A stretch of 64,000 nucleotides of DNA from Octopus sinensis. Taxonomy: Eukaryota. A program made the position numbers and the translations under genes. Of the stretch, positions 38,319-51,294 are shown piece by piece (position 1 is the first letter of the stretch; the number at the start of each line of letters is the position of its first letter). Under the pieces are notes generated by a model that was not told the origin of the DNA, did not search any database, and was given only the letters and a program-made list of their open reading frames with translations. Location: NCBI RefSeq assembly GCF_006345805.1, contig NC_043002.1, forward strand, positions 95,480,001-95,544,000, in the 5' to 3' direction.

Positions 38319-39635
38319 AAATTGTAAGTAAAATTTCATAAGAATAAATATCCAGAATAATTAGCATGATAGTGTATACCAATGGTTTGGAAATTAATGG
38401 CAAATAAATTATGCATACTGGTCAATTTAATGATATGATTATCGTTATCCACGATAGAGAATGATTTGGGTGAGTGTGATACAGATCTGGGAATTTGCAC
38501 TGGATTGGGATGGTTGGGAAGATGTTATATCACAGACCCATCTAACTAGAATGGAAAGTCTGACATTAAAAGGACAACAATAATGATGACGATAACATTG
38601 ACTGAAATCAATTTTTATCTCCTATGCCGACACCAAAGTACAGTAAATTTCAGAAATAACTAACCAGATCAGGTTTAGCTAAACATTTGATCTCCTAAAT
38701 CTTTAAGAAAATAGTTGTATGTGTTATCTCTCTTCGATTACTTTTTTTTCAAGAGAGTTATAATGTAATATTTCACATATTTTAAAAATATTTTCCTCAA
38801 TCCCTTGTCATTTCATTTAAAACTAAATTTTATTTCTGATATTAGCAATATTTTTTGCATACAAATCAAAATTTTATGAGATTTATCATTATTTTTACAC
38901 TATTTATTTAAAATTTTGTTTGTTTTTATGTAATTTCCAGTTATTGTTCTCAACTGTTGGTATTGTAATGCTTTTCATTTTTTTTATTTATTTAATTATT
39001 ACTTCAAATTATGTTTATTTTTACTTCCTCTCAAGGGATTTCAATGTAAATTTACAAATATCTTTAATCTTAAGAACAAATTAGTTTTTGTTTTCTTTAC
39101 TGTAATTTATTTATAAAAAAACAACAAAGTTGTCATATATTTCGCTGTGTCTGAAAATATTTTTGAAAATTAGTTTTTGTTTTAAAATGTGACCACTGAG
39201 ATGCACAATGTAATCTAAAGCACTAATAAGAAAAATAATCTACTGCCTAGCTAAACCTAGACCTCTCATCTCAAAATTAAACAACTATGAATTCGTGAAA
39301 TTGACAACTTTTTTCTCAAATTATGTAAGTTGCATAACCTTAATCAAGTTGTTTGTGATTATTATAAAAATTACAATATCGCAAAGATAGTTTTGTAAGA
39401 GGTCACCTCTGTATGACCCTCTTAGAGTTTCAAGCATACTAATCAGGTATGTTGAACAGATCACAATTACCAACAGTAATTGTATCAATAACAGACAGAT
39501 TTCATACAACAGTCGAGTTTTACCAAGCTTTATTTTCCTATTTGTTCATCTACAAGTGAAACTGTCATCACATAACTTCTCTTTTATATTGAGATGTCAA
39601 TTATGGCATCATCAAATTATCAAACTTTAAAAATC

Positions 39636-40190
39636 ATGGACGAGGACAGCTGTGTGAAGAAGTGCTGATCTCTAACTGTAGAGGGAACCTATGGAAGCAG
39701 TAGATCCAGGAAGACATGGGACGAGGTGGTGAAGCATGATCTCTGAATGCTGGGCCTCACGGAGGCAATGATAAGTGACTGAGACCTTTGGTGATATGCC
39801 ATGCTTGAGAAGATTTATCAAGTCAAGTGAAATTGTAGTCATGGCCAATGCCGGTGTCACATAACTGGTACCCATGCCGGTGGCACATAAAAACCACCCT
39901 TCAAACATTGAGCATGATGTGATTGACAAGTGACCAAGACCTTTGGCAATATGCCATCTTGAGAAGACTCACCAAGTTAAGTGAAATTGTGGTTGTGGCC
40001 GATTATAGTGTCATATAACTGACACCTGTGTGGGTGGCACATATAACGCACCCATTACATTGGAGTGGTTGATGTAAGGAAGAGCATCCAGCTGTGGAAA
40101 CTATGCTAAATCAGAGTGCAACTTGTTACAGCTCTCCAGTTTACATCTAACCCACATCAGCATGGAAAACAGACTCTAAATGATGATGAG
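39636..40190 (+). mobile_element. RTE LINE 3' fragment with internal tandem duplication
   Basis: MDEDSCVKKC*SLTVEGTYGSSRSRKTWDEVVKHDL*MLGLTEAM. The block AAGTGAC..AGACCTTTGG...CAAGTGAAATTGT...CACATA occurs twice (~39773 and ~39927). Ends in (TGA)n. Confidence 0.85.
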
Positions 40191-42239
40191 ATCATCACCA
40201 TTTTAACATTCACTTTTTCATGCTTGCTTAGGTCAGACAAAAAATTTATTGAGGCTTATTTTTTCCAGCTGGATGCTCTTCCTCTCACCAGCCCTCACCC
40301 ATTTGCAAGTAAGGAAATATTTGCCCAAGACCAGATGTGTTTTCGCAGAAGATTGGAAAGAAAGGACTCTACTTGTATGATGATAACACTTCCTTACATT
40401 TGTCATGCAATGTCAAGGCAACAAGAGTGTAACACACACACACACACACACACACATAGTAGTTTATTTTCTTTTCTATCTACCAAATCATCTCACCATG
40501 CTTTGGTTAGTCACTAAGTAGAAAACACTATAATAGAAGACACTTGCCCAAGGTACCACACAATAGGACTGAACCCAGAACCATGTGGTTGGGATGCAAA
40601 CTTCTTACCATGTAGTCATGCCTGCACCTAAATGGAAAATAATATTTACCACTATAAAATCAATGAAGGTAGTTGAACCACTAGAATACTGGTTTGGATG
40701 TTATAATAGTATAAAGGGCACAGTTGTGGCTGTGTAGTTAAGAAGCTCACATTGCATCAGCAGTGTTTCAAGTTCAGTCCCAATGCTTCAGTAAAATTTT
40801 GATAGATGGAAATTGTAAGGAAGCCTATGAGAGTAGCCATTCCCATTTTGGGATGATAGACTTAATCTGTTGCCATCTTTGACATCACCACTTAACTACC
40901 TTTAGCAAAAACAATTCTGCTACAACCATTTAAAGTTTGAAGTCTCTCTAGTCTGAAGATAATTTTGCCCTTTCCTTCCATCAGTTTTAAAGGCCCTAAA
41001 TTGGGTCGGCAGTGCTGTTCTTTCTCCTCTGACAAAAATCAATAGAAAAAGAAAATTTAATCATTCATTTAATTGCTCACTGATCTGTGTTTCAGTTCTG
41101 TTTGAATTTACTTTTGGCATTCATCTTACCAAAGCAGACGAAATAATTAGGAATTGTAAAGTGATTCTAACTCTTCCATACGAAAAACAAGTCAACCTAG
41201 AATTCACTGAAAGAAAGGAATATTTATGACTAAATTTTGAAATCATTTCTGAGGATTGAATCAACTCCTATTTAATTTGTGGTATCAGGCCATCAATATA
41301 TTTTCCTTAAACAATTCCATGAAAAGAGGGAGAGAGAGAGAGACTAACAGACGAACAGATAGTAATGGGATTGGTATTGCTTAAAATATATCATACAAAG
41401 GTACTGTAAACAATGAAAAAGTAACTAAAGAATGTTATAAAAATATTATACCAGACTTAAAAATATATAGTGGTCAGAGTTCTCCTCATACAACAATACT
41501 GATACTAATATTGGAATACTTGACTGGTTTATGGAAGAATTCCACTTCATAGATCCTAACATCAAAACCCTCAAGATCCTAACATCAGCTGTAAATTTCC
41601 CCAGAAACAGTGATGTAAACAGGAAAGAGCCTTAAGATCAATATAGACATGATATCACAATAGGCAGCATCTGTATAAAGAACAGCAGCAAAAATAAATA
41701 TGTAAACCCATTGCTGAAAAGTGAACAACATCTTATGAGTTGGTGGAAACCTAAAAAATACTAACAAGCACACATAATTTCCACATAAACAGTGACGTAA
41801 ACTGCCTCTACCTAAAATGAAAACAAGGCAGCCAAGACTTAGCATCAATCCAAAATGCTTTGAATGTTGCATCATATCCCTTTGGCAGCATCTTTTAACT
41901 ACCAAGTGTTGAAGTGCATCCCTCAACCAAGTTTGCATACATGAGGTTGATAACATCATAACACTTGGAAGGCAGCTCCTCGAGCAACACTCAGCTGTAG
42001 AAATGAGTTGCGACGTCACTGGTGCCAAGTTGTATCAACCTTTGCCTTTCCCTTGGATAACATTGGTGGCATGGAGACGGGAGACTGATATGCATGGGTG
42101 ACTGCTGGTCTTCCATAAAACAGCTTAAGGTTGTACGTTTGCTAGCGAGGCGACTTTCTGCCCAGACTTGTACCCCAGAGGGGACCCTCTTAGATACACC
42201 CATAGAGTTGATATATATATATCATCATCACCATCATAA

Positions 42240-42430
42240 TCATCATCATTTAACGTCCATTTTCCATGCTACCATGGATTGGATGGTATGACCGGGGTCT
42301 GGGAAACCAGGAGGCTGCACCAGGCTCCAGTCTGATGTGGCAGTATTTCTACAGCTGGATGCCCTTCCTAATGCCAACCACTCCATGAGTGTAATGGGTG
42401 CTTTTTACATGCCACCAGTACGGACGCCAG
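42240..42430 (-). mobile_element. RTE 3' UTR/tail fragment
   Basis: (CAT)n TTTAACGTCCATTTTCCATGC...GCTGGATGCCCTTCCTAATGCCAACCACTCC. Confidence 0.85.
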
Positions 42431-43184
42431 TCTATATATATATATATATATGCTTCTAAATAAACTTATTTTAAATTAATATGTAATATCACATAAATAA
42501 ATCATATAACAAGACATACTTCTTACTTTTCTTTGACATCTCATGTTTACATCACTTTATTTCAACAGTGAGTGTTGTGAATACATATATATATATACAT
42601 AGATTTCATTCGATTATGAATGTTTGTATTTCTCTGTACATTCCAGGATATGTGTTATAGTAGAGTCTATCAAAATTTTGATATATAAGTATGTGCAAGT
42701 CTATTTCCTCAGCAAAAACAATCAGCTACACACACATTTTGACTCCACTCATATTTCAACTCAACTTATCCAACTCTAAGTTGATGTGTCGCTATATTTT
42801 ATATCTAACTTACTAGTAACACTTTGGCTATAGACCTAGCTGTTAAGACTGAATATCACACACACACACACACACACACAAGGCAGACTGGCTGTCATTT
42901 GGAATTGGGTAAAGATGTCTATCAATTGAATATCCATGCATGACTTTTGTTTAGATGATGCAATAACCATGCACAGTTCTTGAAATAAATTATTTTGGAT
43001 TTTTGGATGCTGTGACATGAAATTACCCACAGTTACATGTCATCTTATACAAGACTGAAACTCCCGTACAAACTGACCAAATCTCTGAGAATAAACCAGA
43101 AGTTTGCTACATTAAATATTTCATCAATATTCATTTTAAAGTATGGTCAATTCAAACACAGCTAATTTATCTTTTATTTTTCGC

Positions 43185-43590
43185 TTAGTTCAGTCATCGA
43201 ACTGCGGCCATGCTGGGGCACAACTTTCAAGGATTTAGTCAAACAAATCAGCTCCAGTATGTTTTTTTTTAAAGAAAATATGTTACTCATTCTATCCTCT
43301 CTTTTGTTGAACTGCTAAGTCATGCAAATATGTAGAGGCTAACACCAGTTGTGAAGTAGCAGAGAGAACAAACACCAAACACACATGCACCCACACATAC
43401 TTATATTCATATATGTATACAGACATACAGACACACATAGATACATATACACACACACAGAATTGAGTTTCACACTGTTTTCCATCTACCAAATTCATTC
43501 ACAAGGCACTGGTCAACCCTGGGCTGTAGTAGAGGACATTTGCCCAAGGTGCCACACAGTGGAACTGAACCTGAAATTAAGTGTTTGCAA
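43185..43590 (-). mobile_element. Older SINE A-related copy
   Basis: TTCAGTCATCGAACTGCGGCCATGCTGGGGCAC tail through a GGAACTGAACC head. Confidence 0.7.
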
Positions 43591-43650
43591 CACAAGCTTC
43601 TGTTTGATTTTATATTTTTAAATTACCACTTAATCAAAGGATGGTCATAC

Positions 43651-43683
43651 CTCCATCCTGCCCAGTCACCATTTCCAGGGCTT
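43651..43683 (-). other. Candidate 33-nt exon (phase 1-1), product unknown
   Basis: CTTTCTCTCTTTCTCCTAACATTCTAAG|AAGCCCTGGAAATGGTGACTGGGCAGGATGGAG|GTATGA: pyrimidine tract, CTAAC branch-like motif, AG/GT. No homology recognised. Confidence 0.3.
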
Positions 43684-43975
43684 CTTAGAATGTTAGGAGA
43701 AAGAGAGAAAGTTTACGTCAGACAGGAGGTGTTGATGATGTCAAATAATCATTCTAAGAATTCAGTCAATATTAACAGTATTATGGTTATTGGTAATTCT
43801 TTGCTAAAGATCAATCACATTCTTAACATCTTTACATCTAGACATTGTTATTAAGATAAGCTTTTGGGGTGAAGAAGTTCTATAACTAATCACCTTTTTG
43901 ACTAAGTAATGTATTTGTTTTTTATATAATTTAATCTAAGGAAGATAATGGTATCCATAACCCATGGAGACTCAC

Positions 43976-44071
43976 CAAGACAAGTGACAGAGTTCTCAGA
44001 AACTGGCCAAATTTCTGCTGTTGTATGTACACAAGTTGTGATGGGTAAAATTTGGGCAGAAATTGAATTCC
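43976..44071 (-). other. Candidate 96-nt exon (phase 1-1), product unknown
   Basis: TCTTCCTTAACTGTAATCCTAG|GGAATT...GTCTTG|GTGAGT; open in the frame that joins the 33-nt candidate. Confidence 0.3.
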
Positions 44072-45150
44072 CTAGGATTACAGTTAAGGAAGACTGTAGA
44101 CTGATATTTACTTTGGTGTATTGTGTGTGTGTGTGTGTTGTAAGAATGTAAGTGTGTGTGAGTGTTTTATTGGAGATAGCTGTTTAGGTCATTAATGTAC
44201 ACAAGGAGATGTATGTGAGATTCTCAAACTCTGAGATGGAGCCAACAAAAAATGTGTCAGAGGGAGCGCTCATCAACTTCACATGCATGCACACACCACA
44301 CACTATGCTGGAATGTTCTGTCAGACAGCTCCTAATCCAAGAGATGAAAGCTTGGGCTGGAAGTCCTATAGAGACCATTTTTCTAAAACAGCCAGCTAGT
44401 AATTAAGGTGAGAGACAACAACTCCTCCAAAGCCATGACAGTCAAGATAGTCTCATAAGATTTAAGAGATATTTCTAATTAAATGTGGCTGAACAGAAAT
44501 CTTACAGGTAATCAATGAATAGGGAAAAGGACTTGTGGTGATAATAGGGTGGTTGTTTATGACAGCCATCAGAATCTTTTAGATATTGGAAGTGAGTTGT
44601 AGACAGGTATTTAACAAGTTCAGAGTTGTTCATTATGAAAATGGTATAACGTGAATGTTTTGTCATTAAATTCCTCTTACAGATGAGACACAATGTTTGT
44701 GAAGTTAAACTGATGAACTTCTGACTACATGAAGAGATGCAAAAAAAAAACAAAAAATTGGAAGCAATATTAGATTAAAATAGCAATCTATATATCTTAC
44801 TTGATGTAAATGCATCTTTCAAAGGTCAATTTATGGTGGTATTCAACAAAACATAACATCTCTTATGGATGGGCAATGTTTTAAAATACAATATATGTTA
44901 GAAGGAAACAACAGTTATCTTAACAGTGACTAGTGAGAATGCCAGATGCATTTCAGCCTAGTTGGACCTTATCAATAATGTGTACTCACAGCTAGCCACA
45001 TGCTTAGACTAGACTTGTTACTTGCAATATATAGAAAACAGTGAATAGACATTTGCTGGCATTGCAAATAGCTGTCCAGTTAAATAAAAATCCATTATGT
45101 GCAATAGAAGCAGTACTAAGTAAAAAATAACCTTCTCTGTATTGTACTTA

Positions 45151-45466
45151 ATGTAAATACATTATTGAGGCAATTTTACTGTAGTATTCATCCAAAGATA
45201 GCGTCTCTTATCGATGTGCTGCGTTTAAAAATACAATATATGTCAGAGGGAGATGAAAATCATCCCAACAGAAATTTAGTGAGCACATGCCACTGACAAG
45301 GCCCAACAAGATTGAAATGTATCTGATGTCCTTGCTAGCTACTGCTGCGATGACTTTTTTGTCTCCCTCTGATACATATTATGCTTTCAAATACAGAATG
45401 ATCGTAAGAGGTGTTATTTCTGGATGAATACTGCAGTAAATTTGCCTTCCAACAATGTATTTACAG
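45151..45466. mobile_element. Old long-TIR MITE (arms ~110 bp, TA flanks)
   Basis: 45152-45259 is the reverse complement of 45355-45465 at roughly 75% identity by eye. The right end TTTACAG|TA resembles the CCGTAAAT ends of the 11538 MITE. Confidence 0.75.
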
Positions 45467-47627
45467 TAAATGGTACATCGATGGTAAATTTACAAAATGC
45501 AGATGACAGATATTTCAGTTATTTGAATGAGATTCTAATAATTTACCATTGGTTAATCATCTGTTTTTTTCATACAAACATCCGTTGAATAATTTATTTA
45601 TTGCAGCTCAGTCTCATGTCACACCCGTGTAAAGTTTAATATTGTGAGGATCTAATCAAATTGCCTTTCTTCTAAGATGTCATCAGGCTACTTTTATCTC
45701 CAGACACATTTGAAAGACCATTTGAAGGATTTCTCATTCTTTACATATCAACTATTTTATTCCATATTTATATCATTTCATATGACTATCAGATTTCAAC
45801 AACTAAAAACACTTCACAGATAGAAATGTTTCATGGCTAGAAACATTTTGAGTTGTCTCCCTTGTTTGTTTAACCCCTACAATGATTTTAACTAATCCCT
45901 ATTTTCCCTAACCACCATATCAAACTCTGCTATGGTTATTTCCAATGTTGAAAATATTGGAAATAATGAAGCCCACACTTTTTATTGCTAACAATCTTCT
46001 GCTATAATTAAATTATTAATTAATCTAATTTCCCAGTGTCACTCAGCACTTTTTGGTATACATACTTCTATACAGAAAGTTATTTCTATAGAGCCTGAGG
46101 GTAAGATTAAATGCTATGTTCCCAATGATGAAATCAAATAAAGCCTAAATTTTGAGTCATATCCTTGTTTGTTTAATCAGATAGTAATTGAGTTAATCTG
46201 TAGTGTTTTCCTCTAATCACGGTTTTTAACTCCTACTATAGTTACTTCTGGTGTTATAAACGTTGGAAAATCATCAAACCCACCTTTTTATTTCTCAGTA
46301 CATTTGTTTTCAATTTTCATTGTACATCCTACAAAGCATACTTAACTAGCTTCCTTTCAAAGCACAATAGAGCTTCCATTTCTGTTTCCCATCATGCATC
46401 TGAAACATGCATCATGTTTTTGTCTTCTAAACTACAATATATTCTCTTATAGAAATTGTTTGCTAAGAAAATGCATTACTAATTATTAATAATGGCCAAA
46501 AGCATAAGCGTGACCTGTTGCATGTGTGCAGTGATATTGTAGATCATGACTGCCTGGAAATGTACTGAGAAATATTAGGATACTGAAGTTTGATAATCAT
46601 TTACATCAGTTGGAAGAATATGTGATATCTCATTTCAAACTAATTCATTTAGGTTATATTATTAATGTCTTTGAGAAAGAAATGAATGTCACTATTTAAT
46701 CCATCCAGTCCATTATACTACAGCACAGAAGAGCTTTAGCATTTTTTTTCTTTTTTGGTGTTTTTAATAGCAGTGACAACACAAATTTTATCACAACTGT
46801 CAGAAATATTCTGTAAATTGTACTAAAATTATCTTCATTTTTCCAAAATTTGTTCTCATCTCAAATGACAATCTTAGATTCCTCAAACCCTTGTTATTTT
46901 GGATCTTTTCTGTTGCTGTCACAGTTTTCTACTTTTTCAACCCATGCCAGCATGGAAAACGGACATTAAACAACGATGATGATGATGATGTTCCAATTGG
47001 TTTCAAATTTTTGATTGAATAGAATGTAGTATTCATTCCAGCTCTTTACATTTTGTGTTCAAATCTCAACAAGGTCAACTTTGCCTTTCATTCTTCCAGG
47101 GTCAACAAAACAAAGTAACAGTCAAATACTGGTGTTGATATAATCAAATATTCATCTCCCCACGGAATTTTTGGCTTTGTTTTCATATAAGACATTTATG
47201 ATTAGTGAGGCGCTCAACCAGATTTGATAGACAAATGAACAGAAAGTAATGTAAATTAGTGAATTCGTAGCTTTCAGCTAGGTCACAAGTACCTCAGTCA
47301 AATTATTTTCTTTCCTTACTTAATTATAACAAAAAAAAAAAAATAGTATATGTATTTTTAATTTTAATTTTTTTATCTCAATTTCATATTCCTTATTGTT
47401 ACTGAAAGCTACTTTTGTTATTCAACTATGTGCGAGTATTCAAACACAATTTGGATTTTAACCCATCTCGAAAATAAATTCATTAATAAGTGTAATGATT
47501 AATCCGAAGAAATTGAAAACGTCTATGGCTGCTATAGGTCTCTGAAGGAAAGAAACATTTTTCTTTTTTTTGTAATTACATTCCTCAAGATGAATATAAT
47601 ACAATAGATTGATTAAACTTGATAAAT

Positions 47628-47659
<32 letters not shown>

Positions 47660-47990
47660 CTGGTCTTTCCATACTTACAGATTACACACATAGATGTTGT
47701 TTTACTTGTTTTGTACTTTTGATTAGAATTTTCCATGATTAAGTCTTGTGCGGTTTATATCTCAATAACAACTCGAGTATTCATCGACCGCTATCACTCA
47801 TCATTAATAGTAATTAGAATACGATACTGTCTATCATTATACTTGTTTATTTTGTAGGAAAGAATTTAATTCTACCTCTGAAAAGCAGTTGTTGATGAAT
47901 ACTTAGTTTTGATTAAAATAAGGAGAATATTATGTATGTATGTATGTATGTATGTATGTGTGTGTATAAATATATATATATATATATATA

Positions 47991-48403
47991 GGCATAGGAG
48001 TGGCTGTGTGGTAAGTAGCTTGCTTACGAACCATATGGTTCCAGGTTCAGTCCCACTGCGTGACACTTTGAGCAAGTGTCTTCTACTATAGCCTCAGGCC
48101 GACCAAAGCCTTGTGAGTGGATTTGGTAGATGGAAACTGAAAGAAGCCCGTCATATATATGTGTATATATGTGTGTGTGTGTGTGTGTGTATGTTTGTGT
48201 GTCTGTGTTTGTTCCCCCAACATCACTTGACAACCGATGCTGGTGCGTTTACGTCCCCGTAACTTAGCGGTTCGGCAAACGAGACCAATAGAATAAGTAC
48301 TAGGCTTACAAAGAATAAGTCCTGGGATCGATTTGCACAACTAAAGGTGGTGCTCCAGCATGTCTACAGTCAAATAACTGAAACAAGTAAAAGAGTTAAA
48401 GAG
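47991..48403 (+). mobile_element. SINE family A, full length
   Basis: GGCATAGGAGTGGCTGTGTGGTAAG...GAAACAAGTAAAAGAGTTAAAGAG. Confidence 0.92.
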
Positions 48404-48413
48404 TGTATATATA

Positions 48414-48810
48414 TCTTTATATATAAAAGTGAAGTTGTGTATCTGTCTCCTACAATTTAGATTCCTAACTACTCCCACATTTTGCAGTGCAGTTTAACCA
48501 AAAGCGGGTATCTTATAGTCGTGATTCATATCGAGCCCTTCTGGGTATTAGCACGCATCTACGATGAGTCTACGATTTAAAAAAAAATTTACCATCATTT
48601 TTTCCCATTTTAATGCATTCTTTCGCTATTATATAAGGGAAGTAACTCTCTAAAAATGTCTACGATGAGTCAACGATTTTTAAAAAAATTTACCATAATT
48701 TTTTTTCCATTTTTAATGCATTTTTTTGCTATTTTTGGCTATAACTCTCTAAAAATGCGTATATAGTTATTTCCCTTACAAACCCGAGCAACGCCGGGCG
48801 ATACTGCTAG
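48414..48810 (+). mobile_element. Non-autonomous Helitron, copy 2
   Basis: A|TCTTTATATATAAAAG ... CCCGAGCAACGCCGGG-CGATACTG-CTAG|T; collinear with 32751-33146. Confidence 0.92.
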
Positions 48811-48842
<32 letters not shown>

Positions 48843-48850
48843 ATATATAT

Positions 48851-49610
48851 GGTTCGATTTGATTTGTTCGCTTCGTTCCGTTTCTTATTCTTCCAGTAAT
48901 GTTTTATATATAATTATGACGCGAAATTCTTTATCTCTTTGCTTTACCTTCTCTTCTCTCTCTCTCACTCTCTCACTCTTGTCTTCCTCTATCTTTTTCT
49001 CTCTCTCACTCCTCCTCATCTTTGCCACTGCTAGCCAAAACTACTTCCTTTTACACGCGGCCTTCAAACTGTAAAGACACACATTTGTGTTCTCATGCGC
49101 TGCTAGAAGCTCCTCCGTCTCAGCCAGAAAAAAGGCCTTTTCGTTTGTTTTCTTTTTTGTTTTCTTGTTTATTTTTATTTCCCGTATTGTATTTTCTTTT
49201 TATTTCTCGTATTGTATTTTCTTGTACATGTGTATTTATCTTGTATTTTATTTTGTAGTTTTATTTGTATCGTTTTTACGTCCTGTTTGTGTTACATTTT
49301 TTTCTTGCTTGTTTTTACCCCTCTGCAAGGCAATTTTATTTTAATTCTCTCGCAGGAAGGACTAGTTTGGAGAGTCGTGTCCTGTCTTGCCTTCGAAACA
49401 CGCTGGAGCCGAACTAGTGACAGCTGATGAAGGGGATTTTTCCATGTGTAGTATGTCCTGTACTCTGTTTTTTCTGTTGTAAAAAAATGGTTTTTCCGTT
49501 TTCGTTTCTCGTTGAGTTCTACGTCTCTGTTTTTCTGTTGTAAAAAAAGGTTTTTTCCGTTTTCGTTTCCCGTTGAGTTCTACGTCTAGTTGTGGTGTCC
49601 TGTACTCACG
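48851..49610. repeat. Unclassified T-rich, relatively CpG-rich block between (TA)n tracts, with an internal ~60-bp tandem duplication
   Basis: TTTTCTGTTGTAAAAAAA(T/G)GTTTTTCCGTTTTCGTTTC(T/C)CGTTGAGTTCTACGTCT occurs twice (~49470 and ~49530). Confidence 0.55.
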
Positions 49611-49709
49611 TGTATATATATTTATATATGCATGTATATATACATGTAGATGTAGGTACATACATATATGTTTGTATGTATGCATATATTTTATTTATTA
49701 CACTATATA

Positions 49710-49779
<70 letters not shown>

Positions 49780-49785
49780 ATATAA

Positions 49786-50011
49786 GGCGAGCTGGCAGAA
49801 ACGTTAGCGCGCCGGGCGAAATGCTTAGCGGTATTTCGTCTGTCGTTACGTTGTGAGTTCAAATTCCGCCAAGGTCGACTTTGCCTTTCATCCTTTCGAG
49901 GTCGATAAATTAAGTACCAGTTACCCACTGGAGTCGATGTAATCGACTTAATCCCTTTGTCTGTCCTTGTTTGTCCCTTCTATGTTTAGCCCCTTGTCGG
50001 TAGTAAAGAAA
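49786..50011 (+). mobile_element. SINE family B, full length, between (TA)n tracts
   Basis: GGCGAGCTGGCAGAAACGTTAGC...GGTAGTAAAGAAATA. Confidence 0.92.
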
Positions 50012-50149
50012 TATATATATATATATATATACAAATATACTGATAGGATTTTTTCCCCTCTATTATCATGTGCTAAGTAGAGGATAAACTTGGGTATAAA
50101 GGCAGAATTTCTTCTAAATTCTAGTAAATTACATGCGAGATGAATAAAC

Positions 50150-51180
50150 ACATGATGTCTAAACCTTTTAATGAACATGAAAGTTCATAAAGTCCTTCTT
50201 TTAGTCTTTCCCAAAGCTAAAATTCTGTAAGTCCTCTTGCTCCTTACAACGTAAGATCCATGCTGACATTAGATTGCTAAAAAACTCAAATAGGTCCTTA
50301 ATATTCTCAGACACCCTTTATTATGATAGGCTGCTAGAAAACAATATTACACAGAATTATAGGCACGCTTCCCCACACACATACAACAAATCAACAGTGA
50401 AGCCAAACAATTAGCCAACAACTTAGATATAGCTGATAGGGTAGAGATTTTAGTTAAAAAGAATGCCTTCATTACCATCAACGATGATCATAACAACAAC
50501 AGCACTATTACCAACAGCAGTAGTGACAGCACCAACACTATTACCACGTCCAGTAACGCCAACACCAATTGACACAGCACTGCCAACACCCAACCACAGA
50601 GATACATCAGTTGCTCCGGTAACACATTCAAACAACACCTCTCCAACAACAGATCCTCCTTTAGGATACTGGAAAGGAGACACATTACGTCACTAGCCAG
50701 CCGAGTATGGCAGCTGAAAGATGACAGGATTCCATACACACTAGCATGGAGAATCCTTGAAAATCAAGACCCGTACATAAACGGGACCAAGCATTGTAAA
50801 CTATTTATCGAGGAACAGCCAAGGATTCTAAAGGACTCCCTCGACTTGAGGAACATTCTTAATTCTAGAACGGAGGTCTTTGACTGCCCTTGCATTTCGG
50901 TAAATTCCTGCTGGCCTATTTGAACCCACAATGTAATAGGGTCATTTACGATCAATAGCCAAAGGGGGATAATCCCCTGTTGTTGACTTGAGAAGTGAGC
51001 TTCTTTCCTCCTCTATATTCTAGACAAGCCATTCGCTAGAGAGGCTTTAAGCCAACAGATTTTGGGATCTGATGATACACCATTAAGCTAAGCGCCTTAT
51101 GGACGTGAAACCCTGGGTAATCCCATAAACCGGCCTGATCTAACTTTATATTATATACTGCTCTATAACTTAGAGTGTGA
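50150..51180 (+). pseudogene. Penelope-like element D, internally deleted (RT core missing)
   Basis: N-terminal part LQRKIHADIRLLKNSNRSLIFSD..YDRLLENNITQNY..INSEAKQLANNLDIADRVEILVKKNAFITIND joins through an N/T/S-rich stretch to RYISCSGNTFKQHLSNNRSSFR...TSLASRVWQLKDD..LAWRILE..PYINGTKHCKL..EE..IL...LNSRTE. Confidence 0.85.
51063..51125 (+). ncRNA. Type I hammerhead ribozyme motif in the 3' region of PLE D
   Basis: UGGGAU-CUGAUGA-U-(imperfect stem II including CCAU(U)AAG/CUUAUGG)-GAA-ACCCUGGGU-A-AUCCCA: 6-bp stem I, intact core, palindromic stem III, GUA triplet. Confidence 0.75.
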
Positions 51181-51213
51181 TTCTTTTTCGGATTCGTGCT
51201 TTACCGACGATCA

Positions 51214-51292
<79 letters not shown>

Positions 51293-51294
<2 letters not shown>

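Noticed and set aside
41585-42028. 147-aa minus-strand ORF
   Set aside because: It starts inside a SINE body, has no recognisable domain, and has no convincing splice context.
44184-44378. Minus ORF with FISWIRSCLTEHSSIV, reminiscent of the LINE RT WIxSFLxxR segment
   Set aside because: A single short motif with no flanking RT motifs.
44506-44724. 219-nt open minus-strand segment with AG/GT ends
   Set aside because: Its open frame is phase 2, incompatible with the phase-1 candidates downstream, and no homology is recognised.
50463-50696. Thr/Pro-rich mucin-like ORF
   Set aside because: It is an off-frame reading of the PLE D linker and GIY-YIG region.
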